A DNA stretch of 64,000 nucleotides, from positions 248,001-312,000 of the forward strand of contig NW_025767021.1 in the NCBI RefSeq assembly GCF_003918875.1. The letters run 5' to 3'. Position numbers and translations under genes: made by a program. Shown piece by piece: positions 49,801-62,420 of the stretch; the stretch's first letter is position 1; every line of letters begins with the position of its first letter. A model generated the notes under the pieces. It did not search any database, was not told where the DNA came from, and saw only the letters and a list, made by a program, of their open reading frames with translations. The stretch is from Haliotis rubra (lineage: Eukaryota).

Positions 49801-52800
49801 ACCAAGCTTGCTTTAGGTCTAGCAATCAGTGAGGATTCATTCACCATTATTTACTGTTACATGGAAGAACGTGAACATTGAACCATGCCTGTCAATATTG
49901 TACACTATGTTAGTTTCATGTAAACCAATGAAAGTCAGGTTGGAAGATATTGCGATATGACAAGGACAAGGAAATAACCTTTTTACAATGTATGTACATG
50001 AGAAAGAGGAGCATTCTTAATTCCATTTTCAAAATACATAATTTTGTGTTGATTTTTGGACTTCATTTTGATTTCAGTAATTACAATTTGTATCTTATAC
50101 ATACGGTAAACTGCCATTGTCATATCATAAGGTTGACGCAGGAATGTATGACTGGAAGTGACAGATAGGAAATGGAATTCCTGGCATGCCTACACAAGAT
50201 AATCGAAGGGAGTATGAAACCAGATGTTGCTACCATATTAACATATCTTCTGAACTAGCCATAAAAATTCGCGAATGTATTTATTGGACACACAAAGTTT
50301 TCAAGCAGAGCACAAGTGTGGGTGCAAAAACATGGAAAGTTTTCAAAAGAAACTATTTTAGAAAACATTCCCACACAGATTTCAACTCATTCAGACAGAC
50401 ACATTTCAAAGGAGAGCACACTTTGAAACACACTTTGTTTCATTTAATTTACCAACTTTCAAACTCTCTGGTTTTAACGAGGATGGTAGGTCAGGGTATT
50501 TTTCTGAGAAGCATTTGACTTTTGTTGAACAGCGCATAAATGTATTAGTATGAGGTGCATTACATCAAGCTTCAGGATCTGTTAGATCAAGCATTAGTTT
50601 ATAAGAAGCAGAAGCACCAGCCTAGCACTAGCCATTGCTGATTGAAAGAGGAGAGAAGCAAGAAGAAAGCAAGGGTAAGAGAGGATATCATTGCATGAAA
50701 CCTACGTGGCCATGTTGTTTCTGGTTAAACTGATAATCATAACAGTAAATGATGCCCCAAAACAGCCTGATCCATCAAATTGATGATGATGCACAAGTTC
50801 TCATTTCGATTTTAAAAGTTGTTTTAGTTTCACATTTTCTAAATAGACGTATTCTTGTTGATGTTTTCATGAGACCTCATAGGGATATTACTCATGATCT
50901 GGGCATGGTCTGTCAGTCACCATAGAGCACAGCTTGGTTAGCCAACCTTTGGGCTAAACACTTGATATCCTGATGACCTACCAGTCAATGTTTATTAAGA
51001 CATTGCACCTAACTCTAGACCACAGTTAAATTCACAAGAAGAAAACAGACCAGCCATTGGTCACAATGACTACCACTCATTTACAGTGGTGACTGGGTGC
51101 CTGAATCGCATTTAATGCCTCTGAACAATTAGTTCTATGATGGCTTCTTATCTCAGGTGCCATTGTACAAAGTGATCTTAGCATTAAGGTGATCATAACT
51201 CCTATGGCTTAACATAGACTCGGCGGTGGGATAGCCTAGTGGTTAAAGCGTTGACTCGTCACGCCGAAGGCCCGGGTTCGATTCCCCACATGGGCACAAT
51301 GTGTTAAGCCCATTTCTTGTGTCCCCCGCCGTGATATTGCTGGAATATTGCTAAAAGCGGCGTAAAACTAAACTCAGTCAGTCAGTAACATAGACTCACA
51401 ACAGTTTTAACATTGATGTTGCTTTGTACAACGGTACCTAGTGTGGGATATATAGCCATTGTGATGTGGCTTGTGTTCTCAGGTAGCCAATAAGCACAGG
51501 TATGGTGCAAACAAACCAAGGATTATGATTAGTGCAAATGTGGGATAATTTCATTAGATCCTGGCACAGCAAAGGGAGACAACTCTGTTTAATGAATTAA
51601 AGCTACCACCACTGGGCCATATTTACCTCAAGTGGGTAGTGCATGGTAGGGTAGAATCACTATCCATCTTGTCTAAGTGGATCAAAGTGGATAGTGATGC
51701 CCGGACGAGTCTAGTGCAGGATGGGGCTACAGAAGCAGGTACCCAAAGCACAAGGCTGTCATAGAGCTAAGGTGGACATAACTCGGATACTGTAGCATAG
51801 GCTTACAACAGTCCTGGTGCTAAGATCATTTTGTGCAACAGGACCATGAAGGACGAAGGATGGGCTACAGAAGGTGGTGGTGGAAATACACGACACGATA
51901 AATGCACGTAAAAGGAAACTAAGGGATATATGGAGGAAAGTAATGGATAATATGTCACTAGGGAAAGTAAACAATATACGAGGGATAATAAACCCAATAA
52001 CACAGTAAAGATGTATCTACAAACATGGTTTCTATGTAAAACTTGATGCTAGGCAAGCTTGTCTGCTAACAACACTAGGTTTGCATGCGTACTTCAATAT
52101 CCATTGCTAGCTCCATTCTTACAAGGAAACTAAGGAGAAACCACTCTGTGATGGTATATCATCTTCACAAATGTGACATATGAAAATGCAGATTAATCTT
52201 CACTCCACACAGGATTCATAACTGACAGAATGTGGAGGTAACCTGTTGTCATGACATACCATCACCCTGATTAATGAACAAATGTTATATATCAGAATAC
52301 AAAACTAGGCTGCATTGGTGGATCCAGAGGGGGGGTTCAGGTTCCCACCCCCACCCCCGAAAATGACTTAAGACCACATTGAAGATTTTTGGGGGGGGTT
52401 CAGGGTGTTCGAAAAAAAACCCACCAACCCCCCCACCCTCGAAATTCCAGGATCCGCCTATGGGCTGGACTATTTCTCAAAACAAGAAAATGAAGTGTAC
52501 TAAAAAGTAAATGAATAAAAACTAAATGTTACAAAATGGGATAAAATGGATTAAAACAAGGTTAAATTATGAATTGAAAATATTACAAAATAGGTCAGGA
52601 AGGAAGAGATGGGAAAAACAAGCAAAACATTTATATCATTTGCAAAATATCTCACTAAGTACGATCAAGATTAGAATTAGTAACCCATGCTTGTCGTAAG
52701 AAGCAACTAACAGGATCGGGTGGTCAGGCTCACTGACTCCCAGTTGCATAGATCCATGCTCATACTGTTGATAATTCTATTGTCTGGTCCAAATTCGATT

Positions 52801-55800
52801 ATTTTTAGACCACCACCATATAGCTGGAATATTGCTGAGTGTGGCATTAAACAATAAAGAAAGAAAACAAACCAAACATTCAAGTATATGCTCTACAGGC
52901 AAAAACACTCTATGGCAACTCAACTAGAAGCATCTTTGTCACTGTGAATCATGGATCATGGAAGTCCGTCAAGATCCGGGTTAGAATTGGTCTTCAGTAA
53001 CCCATGCTTATCGTAAGAGGCAACTAACGGGATCGGGTGGTCACTATCCCGACACAAAGAATTAAAACATTCCATCACCTGTCACTTCAGAATGACCTTT
53101 ACTCTGACCGATTCCAAATGCTGGACATTGTCTACATCTCACTTAAATGGGATAAACATTTGAAAGGAAGAGATTTTCAGAGCCTATGGGATGTAATTAA
53201 GTACAATTTTAGCCATTTATTGGCGATTCCAGAATTTCCTTTTTTCATATTTCATATTCTGAATCACCCCCATTTTCAAACTAGTGCTGGTAAATTTAAG
53301 AATGCAGTTTAAGCATTTGCTTTTGGATATACAAATGTTGACTTCCTGTCAGTTATTTCATTCGGCTGGTTGAAGTTTGCAGAAGACGTCTCTGACGTGA
53401 CATGTAATGTTATGTCCTAAGACTTATTGCTTTGCAGAAGCAAGAACTAAGATCTGATTAATATGAAATTTCCCTTCAACAGTGTAACCTGCATATGAAC
53501 AAAACTATGCAAAGATGTGGCATCAACTAACAACAGAATACTCTAAACGGTAAACGTAGCGATGACACAAAAAGAAAGAGCTTCAAAATCTGATCATGAA
53601 TTATTGAAAACAAACAGCACTAAACACCAAATAAGTGGTCAAATAGCTAATGTAGGAAGAATTAATTCTAACCACATTTACAATCTACACTATCTACCAA
53701 GTTAATAACTATCAAAGTTAATGCAGAAGTTCATCTGGGTCAATTCCAACGAAATGGACCTAACATTTTTCAGACAGTGGTCTACCCAGAATGCATGGAC
53801 ATACAGGTGTATCACTCATCTTGCCCACAAACTTCAGGATCCCTTGGGCTTTTTTAGAATAGTAATATGTAAAATTATCAAAACCAATGGCTCTTATCCC
53901 TGCCATGAAGTTGTAATCAGTGCTTTCTGCTGATAGCAAGGTGTCCTTGAACTATAACAAGTGGCCTTGACCTTTATCTACATTCCAGTATGGAGTGAGC
54001 GAGAAACACACTGCACTTTGTGTTATGGGGAAACCAATGGACTGAGAATGCTGACACATGCATGCCCTTGTGGTACACTCAAGACAGCTGCCCACACTCG
54101 CATGTCCAGCAGGATTGGGTGACCCAATTTCAGTTGGTGCCAGAAAATCTGATACATTATTCCATCAAATAATGATGTGTGATGGTGCACAATCCTGCCA
54201 CTCATGTGTCAGCTATCTCAGCCCTACACCGGTCAACAGCATGCAGTAACAGTCAAACAAGGACTCACCAGTTGGAGTTTGGTCAGGTAGCGCTTCCACC
54301 AAAGGTATTTTTGGTACTCTGGTCCAAGAGCCGACACGCCGTAGTATGTGTACATCACAACATGGATGAATGAGTTGATCATGGCACCGAAGAAGGCTGG
54401 AAAGTCAACATTTACAGGAAGGTCAAATCAATTTATTGGACAATTATCAAAGATTATAATGCATAAGCCATAGGCTTAAAAAGACCTTCTCCTCAAATAC
54501 ACTCTTCTTTGTCATTAAGATTTTGTTCATTTATTACTAGTGTAGGATTGAGATTTCTATCATGGTGTTAACTAATATTACAAAAACAAAGATCCTCCAC
54601 TTCTTAATTTTAGGTTGCCCCTCTCAAAATCATTATTCTTTTTTTTTAAACATATCTTTGTTCTCGTCTTGTTTTCAAACTTGAATGCGTGACCCTAAAT
54701 TGAGCATGTATTTCAAAATTTTGTTTTTAATGAAATCATCCACACACAAAAACATCAGTCCAATAAAAGATCTTGAACGAAAATATCTTGTACCCTGTGT
54801 GTATTCAGTAAAAGAATAGAGTTGGTTCAATATGTTCTGGTATACTCACACTGTCCGCCGGCCACCCACTTGATGCCGATCCACCAGATGGGAAACATGG
54901 AGGCGTGGTGGTACACGTGCAGGAAACTCACTTGGTTGTCCTTCTTCCGCATGATGAAGAATATAGTGTCCAACATCTCCACACACTTGGAGAAGTAAAA
55001 CCACCACAGAGCACTGGCTATCTGGAGGCCAAACACAGACACGTTACACAGGCTCTCACAGACAATACAGGCTGATAACAGACACATTGTACAGGCACTC
55101 ACAGACAATACACGTTACACATGCACTCGCAGACAATACAGGCTGATAACAGACACGTTACACAGGCACTCACAGACAATACAGGCTGATAACAGACACG
55201 TTACACAGGCACTCACAGACACGTTACACAGGCACTCACAGACAATACAGGCTGATAACAGACACATTATACAGGCACTCACAGACAATACAGGCTGATA
55301 ACAGACACATTGTACAGGCACTCGCAGACAATACAGGCTGATAACAGACACATTGTACAGGCACTCGCAGACAATACAGGCTGATAACAGACACGTTACA
55401 CAGGCATAACAGACGTTACACAGGCACTTTCGAGACACGTTACACAGGCACTCACAGACCCGTTACACAGGCACTTTCGCAGACAATACAGGCTGATAAC
55501 AGACATGTTACACAGGACAGACAGTACAGGCTGATAACAGACACGTTACACAGGCTGATAACAGACACACGTTACACAGGCACTCGCTGACACGTTACAC
55601 AGGCACTCACAGACCCGTTACACAGGCACTCGCAGACAATACAGGCTGATAACAGACACGTTACACAGGCACTCGCAGACAAGTACAGGCTGATAACAGA
55701 CCGCGTTACACAGGCACTCACAGACACGTTACACAGGCTCTCGCAGACAATACAGGCTGATAACAGACACGCTACACAGGCAGGCACTCGCAGACAATAC

Positions 55801-58325
55801 AGGCTGATAACAGACACATTACACACAGGCACTCACAGACACGCTACACAGGCACTGCAGACAATACAGGCTGATAACAGACACGTTACACAGGCACTCA
55901 CAGACAATACAGGCTGATAACAGACACGTTACACAGGCACTCACAGACACGTTACACAGGCACTCGCAGACAATACAGGCTGATAACAGACACGTTACAC
56001 AGGCACTCACAGACAATACAGGCTGATAACAGACACGTTACACAGGCACTCACAGACAATACAGGCTGATAACAGACACGTTACACAGGCACTCACAGAC
56101 ACGTTACACAGGCACTCGCAGACAATACAGGCTGATAACAGACACGTTACACAGGCACTCACAGACAATACAGGCTGATAACAGACACGCAATACAGGCC
56201 AAAAACAGACACGCACAGGCACTCAGCTGCACCTGGACAATACAGGCTGATAACAGACACTATGCTACACAGACACTCGCAGACAATACAGGGCAATAGT
56301 AGACATGTGCCAGTTCTAACAATTTATAATTGACAATATAGCTGCACCCTTAAATTTCACCTGCTCAACCAACTAAAAGTAACACACTGACATGCATAAA
56401 CTACTAACTACTACTACTTTGACCACCACTACTAAATACTACTACTAAATACTACTACTACTAAATACTACCACTACTAAATACTACTACTACTACTACT
56501 AAATACTACTACTAAATACTACTACTACTACTACTACTACTACTATTACTACTACCACCACCACTACTACTACAACTACTACTACCACTACTGTCTTACC
56601 TTCATTTCACCATGGTCGTTGGTGTAGTTGACCGGCTGACAAGAATAACTATAATTTAACTTTGTTGAATACCATAGAAGCTGAAACAGGAAAGAAATTA
56701 CTTTGCAGTCATAAATATAATAAAAAAAACAATATCTCAACATTACTGCACAAACAATTTCATTTCTATAAACAGTGCATACAATTTTCTTCACATTGGT
56801 ACAAAGTGAAACTATAATGTTGTTCTGATCTAAGACTAGGACTGTTGTCTTCTTAACACATGCCAATACTGAAACATGCATTACTATAGAAATAAGAGAT
56901 GATTTAATGACTATATTTCCACTACATTGCTCATGTAATATTAGCTTTATGTGTGAGCAATGACAGACTTCTTCAAGTCTCTAAAATCCACAAATTATTG
57001 ACACAAACTTACCTGTGAGCATATATGAAAGTTCATCACAATTAAACCAAAATTGTAGAAAAATAACGTCCATTTGAATTTAAACGGCTCTCTGTCTTTC
57101 ATTATTTTTGGCCCAACCCATACTGCAAACAAGTACAATGCTGTGATGGCTAGTGTGGGTGTGTAGCTTTGCATTAAAAACCAGTCCTTGACTCGGTCAT
57201 CTGGAAAAGAGCAGAAAAACACACATCACACACACAATAAATATTACCGCTGATAACCCAAATAAAATACTTGATAGCAATGCACATTTTTAAGCCCATG
57301 TCTTACTAATGGATTCTGCTTTAGTGTGTTAGACATAACGTGTGTTTCATAAGTGTGGAAAGATCAAACAGCATTTCAGCTGCAATAATGGTGTACAGTG
57401 GCCATACAGAGGCAGGCGTCAACTGTATTTGAAGAACATCCAGTTAAAGAGATCAATAAATTTTTCAATCCAATGGGCTCAAAAGCTTTCTACTTTTCAG
57501 CCCATGTACTGAATAACAAAGGAGGCTTAAAAATGTGCAGCCTTTGTACACTCTTTTCACTAATTTAGGGTATGTGACCCTTACGTTTTTACATAAACCA
57601 AACAATTTTAAAACAAATGGACTCGTCAATTAAAAAGTCTACAACCATTCAATTAAACGCCAATAATTAGGATTTTAATCTATCCAAGAGAAAATAACAA
57701 ATGTACCCTGAAAAGATTTGTTCCGTTAGTGGCACATGTCAATAAATTAATTAGTACAATGAGCATTAGTTTATGATAACGTGAAGTAACACCAGAAACC
57801 TGTACTCCAAACACAGTGGGGAATAATACTTCTTTTATTTATGGATCAGAAAATTGATTCAATTTCAAAGTAAGTGCCCTCCCCCCTTCCCTCATGTCAT
57901 GTACAAAATCAATTACCCCTCGCCCCTTTCCCATAATTTTAAAGCATTATTTTTTAATATAATTAATATAATTATGTACAAAATTGCAGACCCCCTAGTA
58001 CATGTGTACAGAATTGCTGAGCCCCCACCTCCCCAGAACAAAATGGGTGATCCCCTTCCTTCTCCTCACCCCACCCTCCCCCAACCACCCCTTAAAATCA
58101 CTCTCATCCCCTAGCCATAAATTATGAATCGTCCCCAAGTGAATAAATCTGCCCGTATACAAACACGCTATTTCTTGTCAGGATGTTCAGTAAGTGCACA
58201 TTGTGAAATGGGAACACAATATGTCTCAATAATGGTGTTACAGACACACAACACCAACCTGTTCGTGTTAGTGCCCATGCATAGAACTTCTGAAAATGTT
58301 CAACTTTATCTGTAATCAGCTCCAT
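46805..58325 (-). CDS. ELOVL4: Very-long-chain fatty acid elongase, ELOVL4-like, with a duplicated exon 6
   Basis: Exons 58325-58259, 57200-57013 (188), 56680-56600 (81), 55021-54850 (172), 54396-54269 (128), 6a 49754-49584 or 6b 49540-49373, and 46927-46805. Motifs [38 protein letters not shown]; C-terminal KKDK* ER-retention signal. Sizes 188/81/172/128 match vertebrate ELOVL4 as I recall it. Confidence 0.92.
47290..48930. repeat. Intronic 63-bp minisatellite, about 25 copies
   Basis: Unit acctacccataatacagcatagtaccacagatagcataaccctcacccattgtataacctaat; lies in the last ELOVL intron. Confidence 0.96.
49373..49540 (-). CDS. ELOVL4: ELOVL4-like alternative exon 6b (TM6-TM7)
   Basis: ccattttag|ATT...AAG|gtaaat, 168 nt, phase 0-0: [56 protein letters not shown]. 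Not in the ORF track. Confidence 0.9.
49584..49754 (-). CDS. ELOVL4: ELOVL4-like alternative exon 6a (TM6-TM7)
   Basis: ttctgcttgtag|CTC...AAG|gtaaat, 171 nt, phase 0-0: [57 protein letters not shown]. Confidence 0.9.
51222..51385 (+). mobile_element. SINE family A, full length with 12-bp TSD
   Basis: tagcctagtggttaaagcg...gggttcgattcccc; (tcag)n tail; TSD taacatagactc at 51210-51221 and 51386-51397. Confidence 0.92.
52313..52462. mobile_element. Short GC-rich MITE
   Basis: Imperfect TIRs cattggtggatcc ... ggatccgcctatg with internal G/C tracts. Confidence 0.55.
52665..53045 (+). mobile_element. Two SINE family C fragments (52665-52860 and ~52960-53045)
   Basis: Repeated agtaacccatgctt(g/a)tcgtaaga(a/g)gcaactaac(a/g)ggatcgggtggtca; the first continues into atagctggaatattgctgag...ttaaacaa. 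Confidence 0.7.
54420..54778. mobile_element. Possible MITE in ELOVL intron 4
   Basis: Imperfect inverted termini ggtcaaatcaatttattggac / gtccaataaaagatcttgaac. Confidence 0.4.
55034..56290. repeat. Minisatellite with 43-bp unit (20+23-bp subunits) abutting the ELOVL exon 4 acceptor
   Basis: agacaatacaggctgataac + agacacgttacacaggcactcac repeated; explains the Cys/Val-rich ORFs at 55115-56222. Confidence 0.95.
56400..56591. repeat. (TAC)n microsatellite next to the ELOVL exon 3 donor
   Basis: Imperfect ctactactac run. Confidence 0.92.
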
Positions 58326-60512
58326 CTTGATCAACCTGTAACCAAAACACAACACCATGAGTAAACATTTAATGAGACTCCACACACATTCCATAGATAA
58401 TAATTCATAACAAAAGTCCACAAATCTTTTATAAATGTTATTATCATAGAAAGAAGCTCACATATTTTTTGCAGCACACAGCAACTCATATCAATAAAAA
58501 TAACATAAATCCAACTGCTGTTTAAAAGAATAAACCTAAAATGTGAATTAGATTACAATGTAATTCATTCGTAAATAAATTCCCTACTTGACAATGTAAA
58601 ACTGTTTTATGTCAGCATTCCCTCCCTCGTAGCGTACAATATTGATCAAATAAACCACCTTTCTTAAACCATGTGCCTCACTACCAAACCACATGTCCTG
58701 GCCTGCCAAGTCCTTGCTCACGTTCAACCTTTGAACTGTTTTAAGCTGTGTTTTGGGGTAGTATTTTAGCAACAGGCATGACACTCGACATCAAAGAAAA
58801 GAGGTCACGGTTCCAGATCTTGTTCGGGCTTGAAAACATGGCATGGCCAGGCATGCATGTTTACACCAGAGGATGAATGACTGCCATGTTGCCAGGGGCA
58901 ACAGGGTTTTAGGTACCATACAGATCAGAGAAGGAATGCACGGTTGAGTGGTCAATAACACAAGGTAGCGAATACTCTCTCCTTGTTGCCCTAACATCCA
59001 CACAATACACACTGATTGAGTGGTTTACATATATATCAATATTTGAGTAGCTCTTGCTCCCTTCAAACCTTTGCCACCTAATATTAAATTGTTTACAAAG
59101 AAACGAGTGATTAGAAGCAACTTATAAGATTACTGATATGAGAACAGAATTTGATACTTTCATAAATAGGTTTATACCATTGAGTGACACATATCTATAC
59201 TATCTTTCCAATGTCATTTCTCCGCTGAGTTTCAGACATTGTTATACATACTGTGTGGGACACTTTGTTTCTGTGTAATTATGTAATCATTGCCATTTTT
59301 AACTGCTAAATTGATTTACATGACAACATTTCAGACAAAGCAGTCTTTGAAAGACTCAAACGTACTCTGACTGCCAAACATTCAGAGTCCCTTTAAGAAA
59401 TATCCTAAGGTTAGAGAACAATAAAGACCATTTTTCTGACAGAGAGGACAACACTGGCAAATAATATCTTATTTGTCCTTTAATACATAGAATGTCTGAA
59501 ATATGACCACTGCATAGTTAAACATGACATACATAGTTAAATCTTCAATTCCTCTCAACAGCAGGACATACACTAGTACAGTATTGTTTTAGAACCTTCT
59601 CTTCTTCAGGCTATGTGTAAAACCAACAAGCATTCTGTTCTCACCTGGACATAACAGAACACAGTGATCCATCAATATTCAGTGATCCATCAATATTCGG
59701 TATTGAACTGTCTATATTTATTCCAGTGGCCTATTATAGCACTGGTAATTAAATAATTTATAATGTATGCCAGATACCTCTGCTCTTACGGCTTTGAATC
59801 AAACAAATGTATTATGTACAATTTCTCATATCACTACTAAACTGTCCTAGAATCACATGGCCCAGGTGAAGAGTAGGGGAAGCCCCAACAGATTGTGACT
59901 GCAAGAATCTGTACTCTTGTGATTAAAACATATGTATCGTGGCAGTGACATGTAAGGAACAAAAACAGTTTGCATCATACTGGTTTGAGGCTGGTTAAAA
60001 TGACTGATAATTGTAATTATTAAGAATTAGTAACAAATATTTACATGAAAATTGTGTCATTATGAAATAAACTTCAATTTACACAAACAAAACTAACAGA
60101 TATCTCTTTATTCATATGCCACTTCTAAAGTGTGTACAGAATGCTGTTTTGTCAGAACCGATGCATATATGTGTCACCATTCACCAGCTAGGTAAAATAT
60201 TTTGATTTTGTAAATTGGAACCTTTTTGCTTTCTCTTATACGTCTTTATCAATCATCAATCAATATTTAGGTCATAATTATCAATTACTATAACCTATTT
60301 TGATAGCGGGCCATATACTGGTTCTAATTGTTCTTGCAAACTATGATGGGAAATTTATTATTTTACTCAAAAGGCTTTGAATCTATGGCCCAAACACAAT
60401 GATTGTGTGGTATTGAAGGCTGGGTTTATATGGACATTTTGATGGGTACAGCTTCTAAACAAGAACAGTACAAGAAACAAGGCACAGATATTATTAAAAT
60501 GTAACTCTCAGA

Positions 60513-60863
60513 TAGGGCTGGGACGATTCACCAATGCATCGTGATACATTTAAGTTTGATACAGCTATCGTATCGTCGACTGGTGTATCGATACAAAATG
60601 ATACACAAGTTTTTTTTTCAAAACAGTATTATCTTAAACATGTTACAGTACTTATTTAGAGAAACATATGCAAGTATGATAGAGTTACTTGTTTGATTAT
60701 TACAATAGTGTTATTGTTAAACACAAATACCTTGAAATAAATCATTTTAAATCTTGATACCGTTTCATTCTTTCAAAGTGTATGTATCGTGATACGTATC
60801 GTATCGCAGGTAAAATATCGCGATATGTATGGTATCGTGACACAGTGTATCGTCCCAGCCCTA
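60513..60863. mobile_element. hAT-like MITE with 15-bp perfect TIRs
   Basis: tagggctgggacgat ... atcgtcccagcccta; internal tatcg/cgata subterminal repeats. Confidence 0.8.
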
Positions 60864-61932
60864 CTTGCTTTTCACCTGCATATTCACTGCTTCACTTAAA
60901 TGTGTTACATCATCCAACCATGTTTTGTTATATTCAATATCATCTTTTCTGATACTCTGCATTCCATTTCAGTTGTTAACTGCTTGCCCATAACAATTAT
61001 CCTATTTGATACAATTCACACACAAGAGTCGTTGGTCAACAAAAACTCAAAACACTTCATTTTGTTTCAATAGCATACAGATAACTCATCAAGATTATCA
61101 GAAAACATTGTGAAATTCACATTCACTACTGTGCAGATTAATGCTGTACAGCCAGGTACTTTACTTCCTCAATAGATCTCTTCCCAGATCTCTTATTGTA
61201 GTAATCTACATGTTACTATTAACATGGTTTAACACTTATGGGTCAGCCATCTATGACATTTAGGACAATTACTAATATGATATTAACTTTGTCATAAAAT
61301 ATCTCTACACTTGGTAGATTATTCAAACATATAACTTCAATGTCTTTCATCATCACCATCAATGGATTGAACTGTCAGAAACATGTGTATATATACCAAG
61401 CTAAATGATTTTCTTGTAAGTTGTATTCATTTGATTTTGCAAATTTTCCAATGTATGTCATTAGTATGTAATCTGCTTATATTATCATTAATGAATGTGT
61501 GCATATACACATGAATAAAAGGTTGAAATGGACTACAAGTCTGCTTTAACTATACAACATACCAAAACTTAGGTTAATTTAATAATTCACCAGAGTTCTG
61601 CACAACGTGTATCAGGATATGGAATGGTGTCACGCATAAGTAATGCCATTGTGAAACACATATGTTGAAATTGAATCTAACACAGAATGGGGGCACGCCC
61701 ACAAATCAGGAATGCGTTTTTTAGGAATAAAATAGGTTGGAAACGGAAATCAAGTGCATCACATTGGATAATAAACGTATGTTTCATTATGACTGAAAGC
61801 GCTAACTGATATGCATGGCAGATCGCGACGTATCTAAGAGTGTGCATGGTCTAAATAAACAAACTGAACCGAAGCGTCCATGCTGGTTCGCGAGGTACTC
61901 GAGATCGGTGATCGGAGTATGTGGGGACTCAC

Positions 61933-62420
61933 CTCTGTTGCTGGAGCGAATGAAATTTCTGTTCTGTTGAAATTGAAGTATCTTAGGTCTTTTCTACCAA
62001 CTGATGCTGATCTCAATTGGCCGTAATGCGTGTACAGACAAGGCAAATGCCATTGAGGTTGCTACCAACAACAACTAATACAAACTTCACGCACCTACAA
62101 ACAACTATGGCACCGGTCAAATAACCAATGACAATGGATGTTACACGATAACGCACCGCTTGTGTATCTAACGTTCATTTTCATTGGCTCATGCTGGGAC
62201 AGCACGTTTGGAGGAATTCCATTTATCATTAGCCAATGAGCATCGCTGTAAATGAATCCATCATTGGAGATATTTTCTTAAGTTAAATGTGATTGGCTCT
62301 TACCGGAGGAAGTGTCCGGTGAATCCCAGTCTGGAGAAGTGACCCCTAACCTCGTGTAAATCAACACATTTCAGTATCCAGGCACCGCATCAACCCTGAC
62401 TGTTCATCATTGCTGTAAGT
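61933..62420. promoter_or_regulatory. Putative ELOVL non-coding exon 1 and CCAAT-rich, probably bidirectional promoter
   Basis: Minus-strand donor agag|gtgagt at 61933; five CCAAT/ATTGG boxes within 62124-62297; ETS-like ggaagt at ~62308; plus-strand donor gct|gtaagt at ~62415; locally CpG-richer. Confidence 0.55.

Noticed and set aside
55115-56222. Cys-rich metallothionein-like ORFs; also repetitive ORFs at 35500-36104 and 48539-48904
   Set aside because: They are minisatellite translations.
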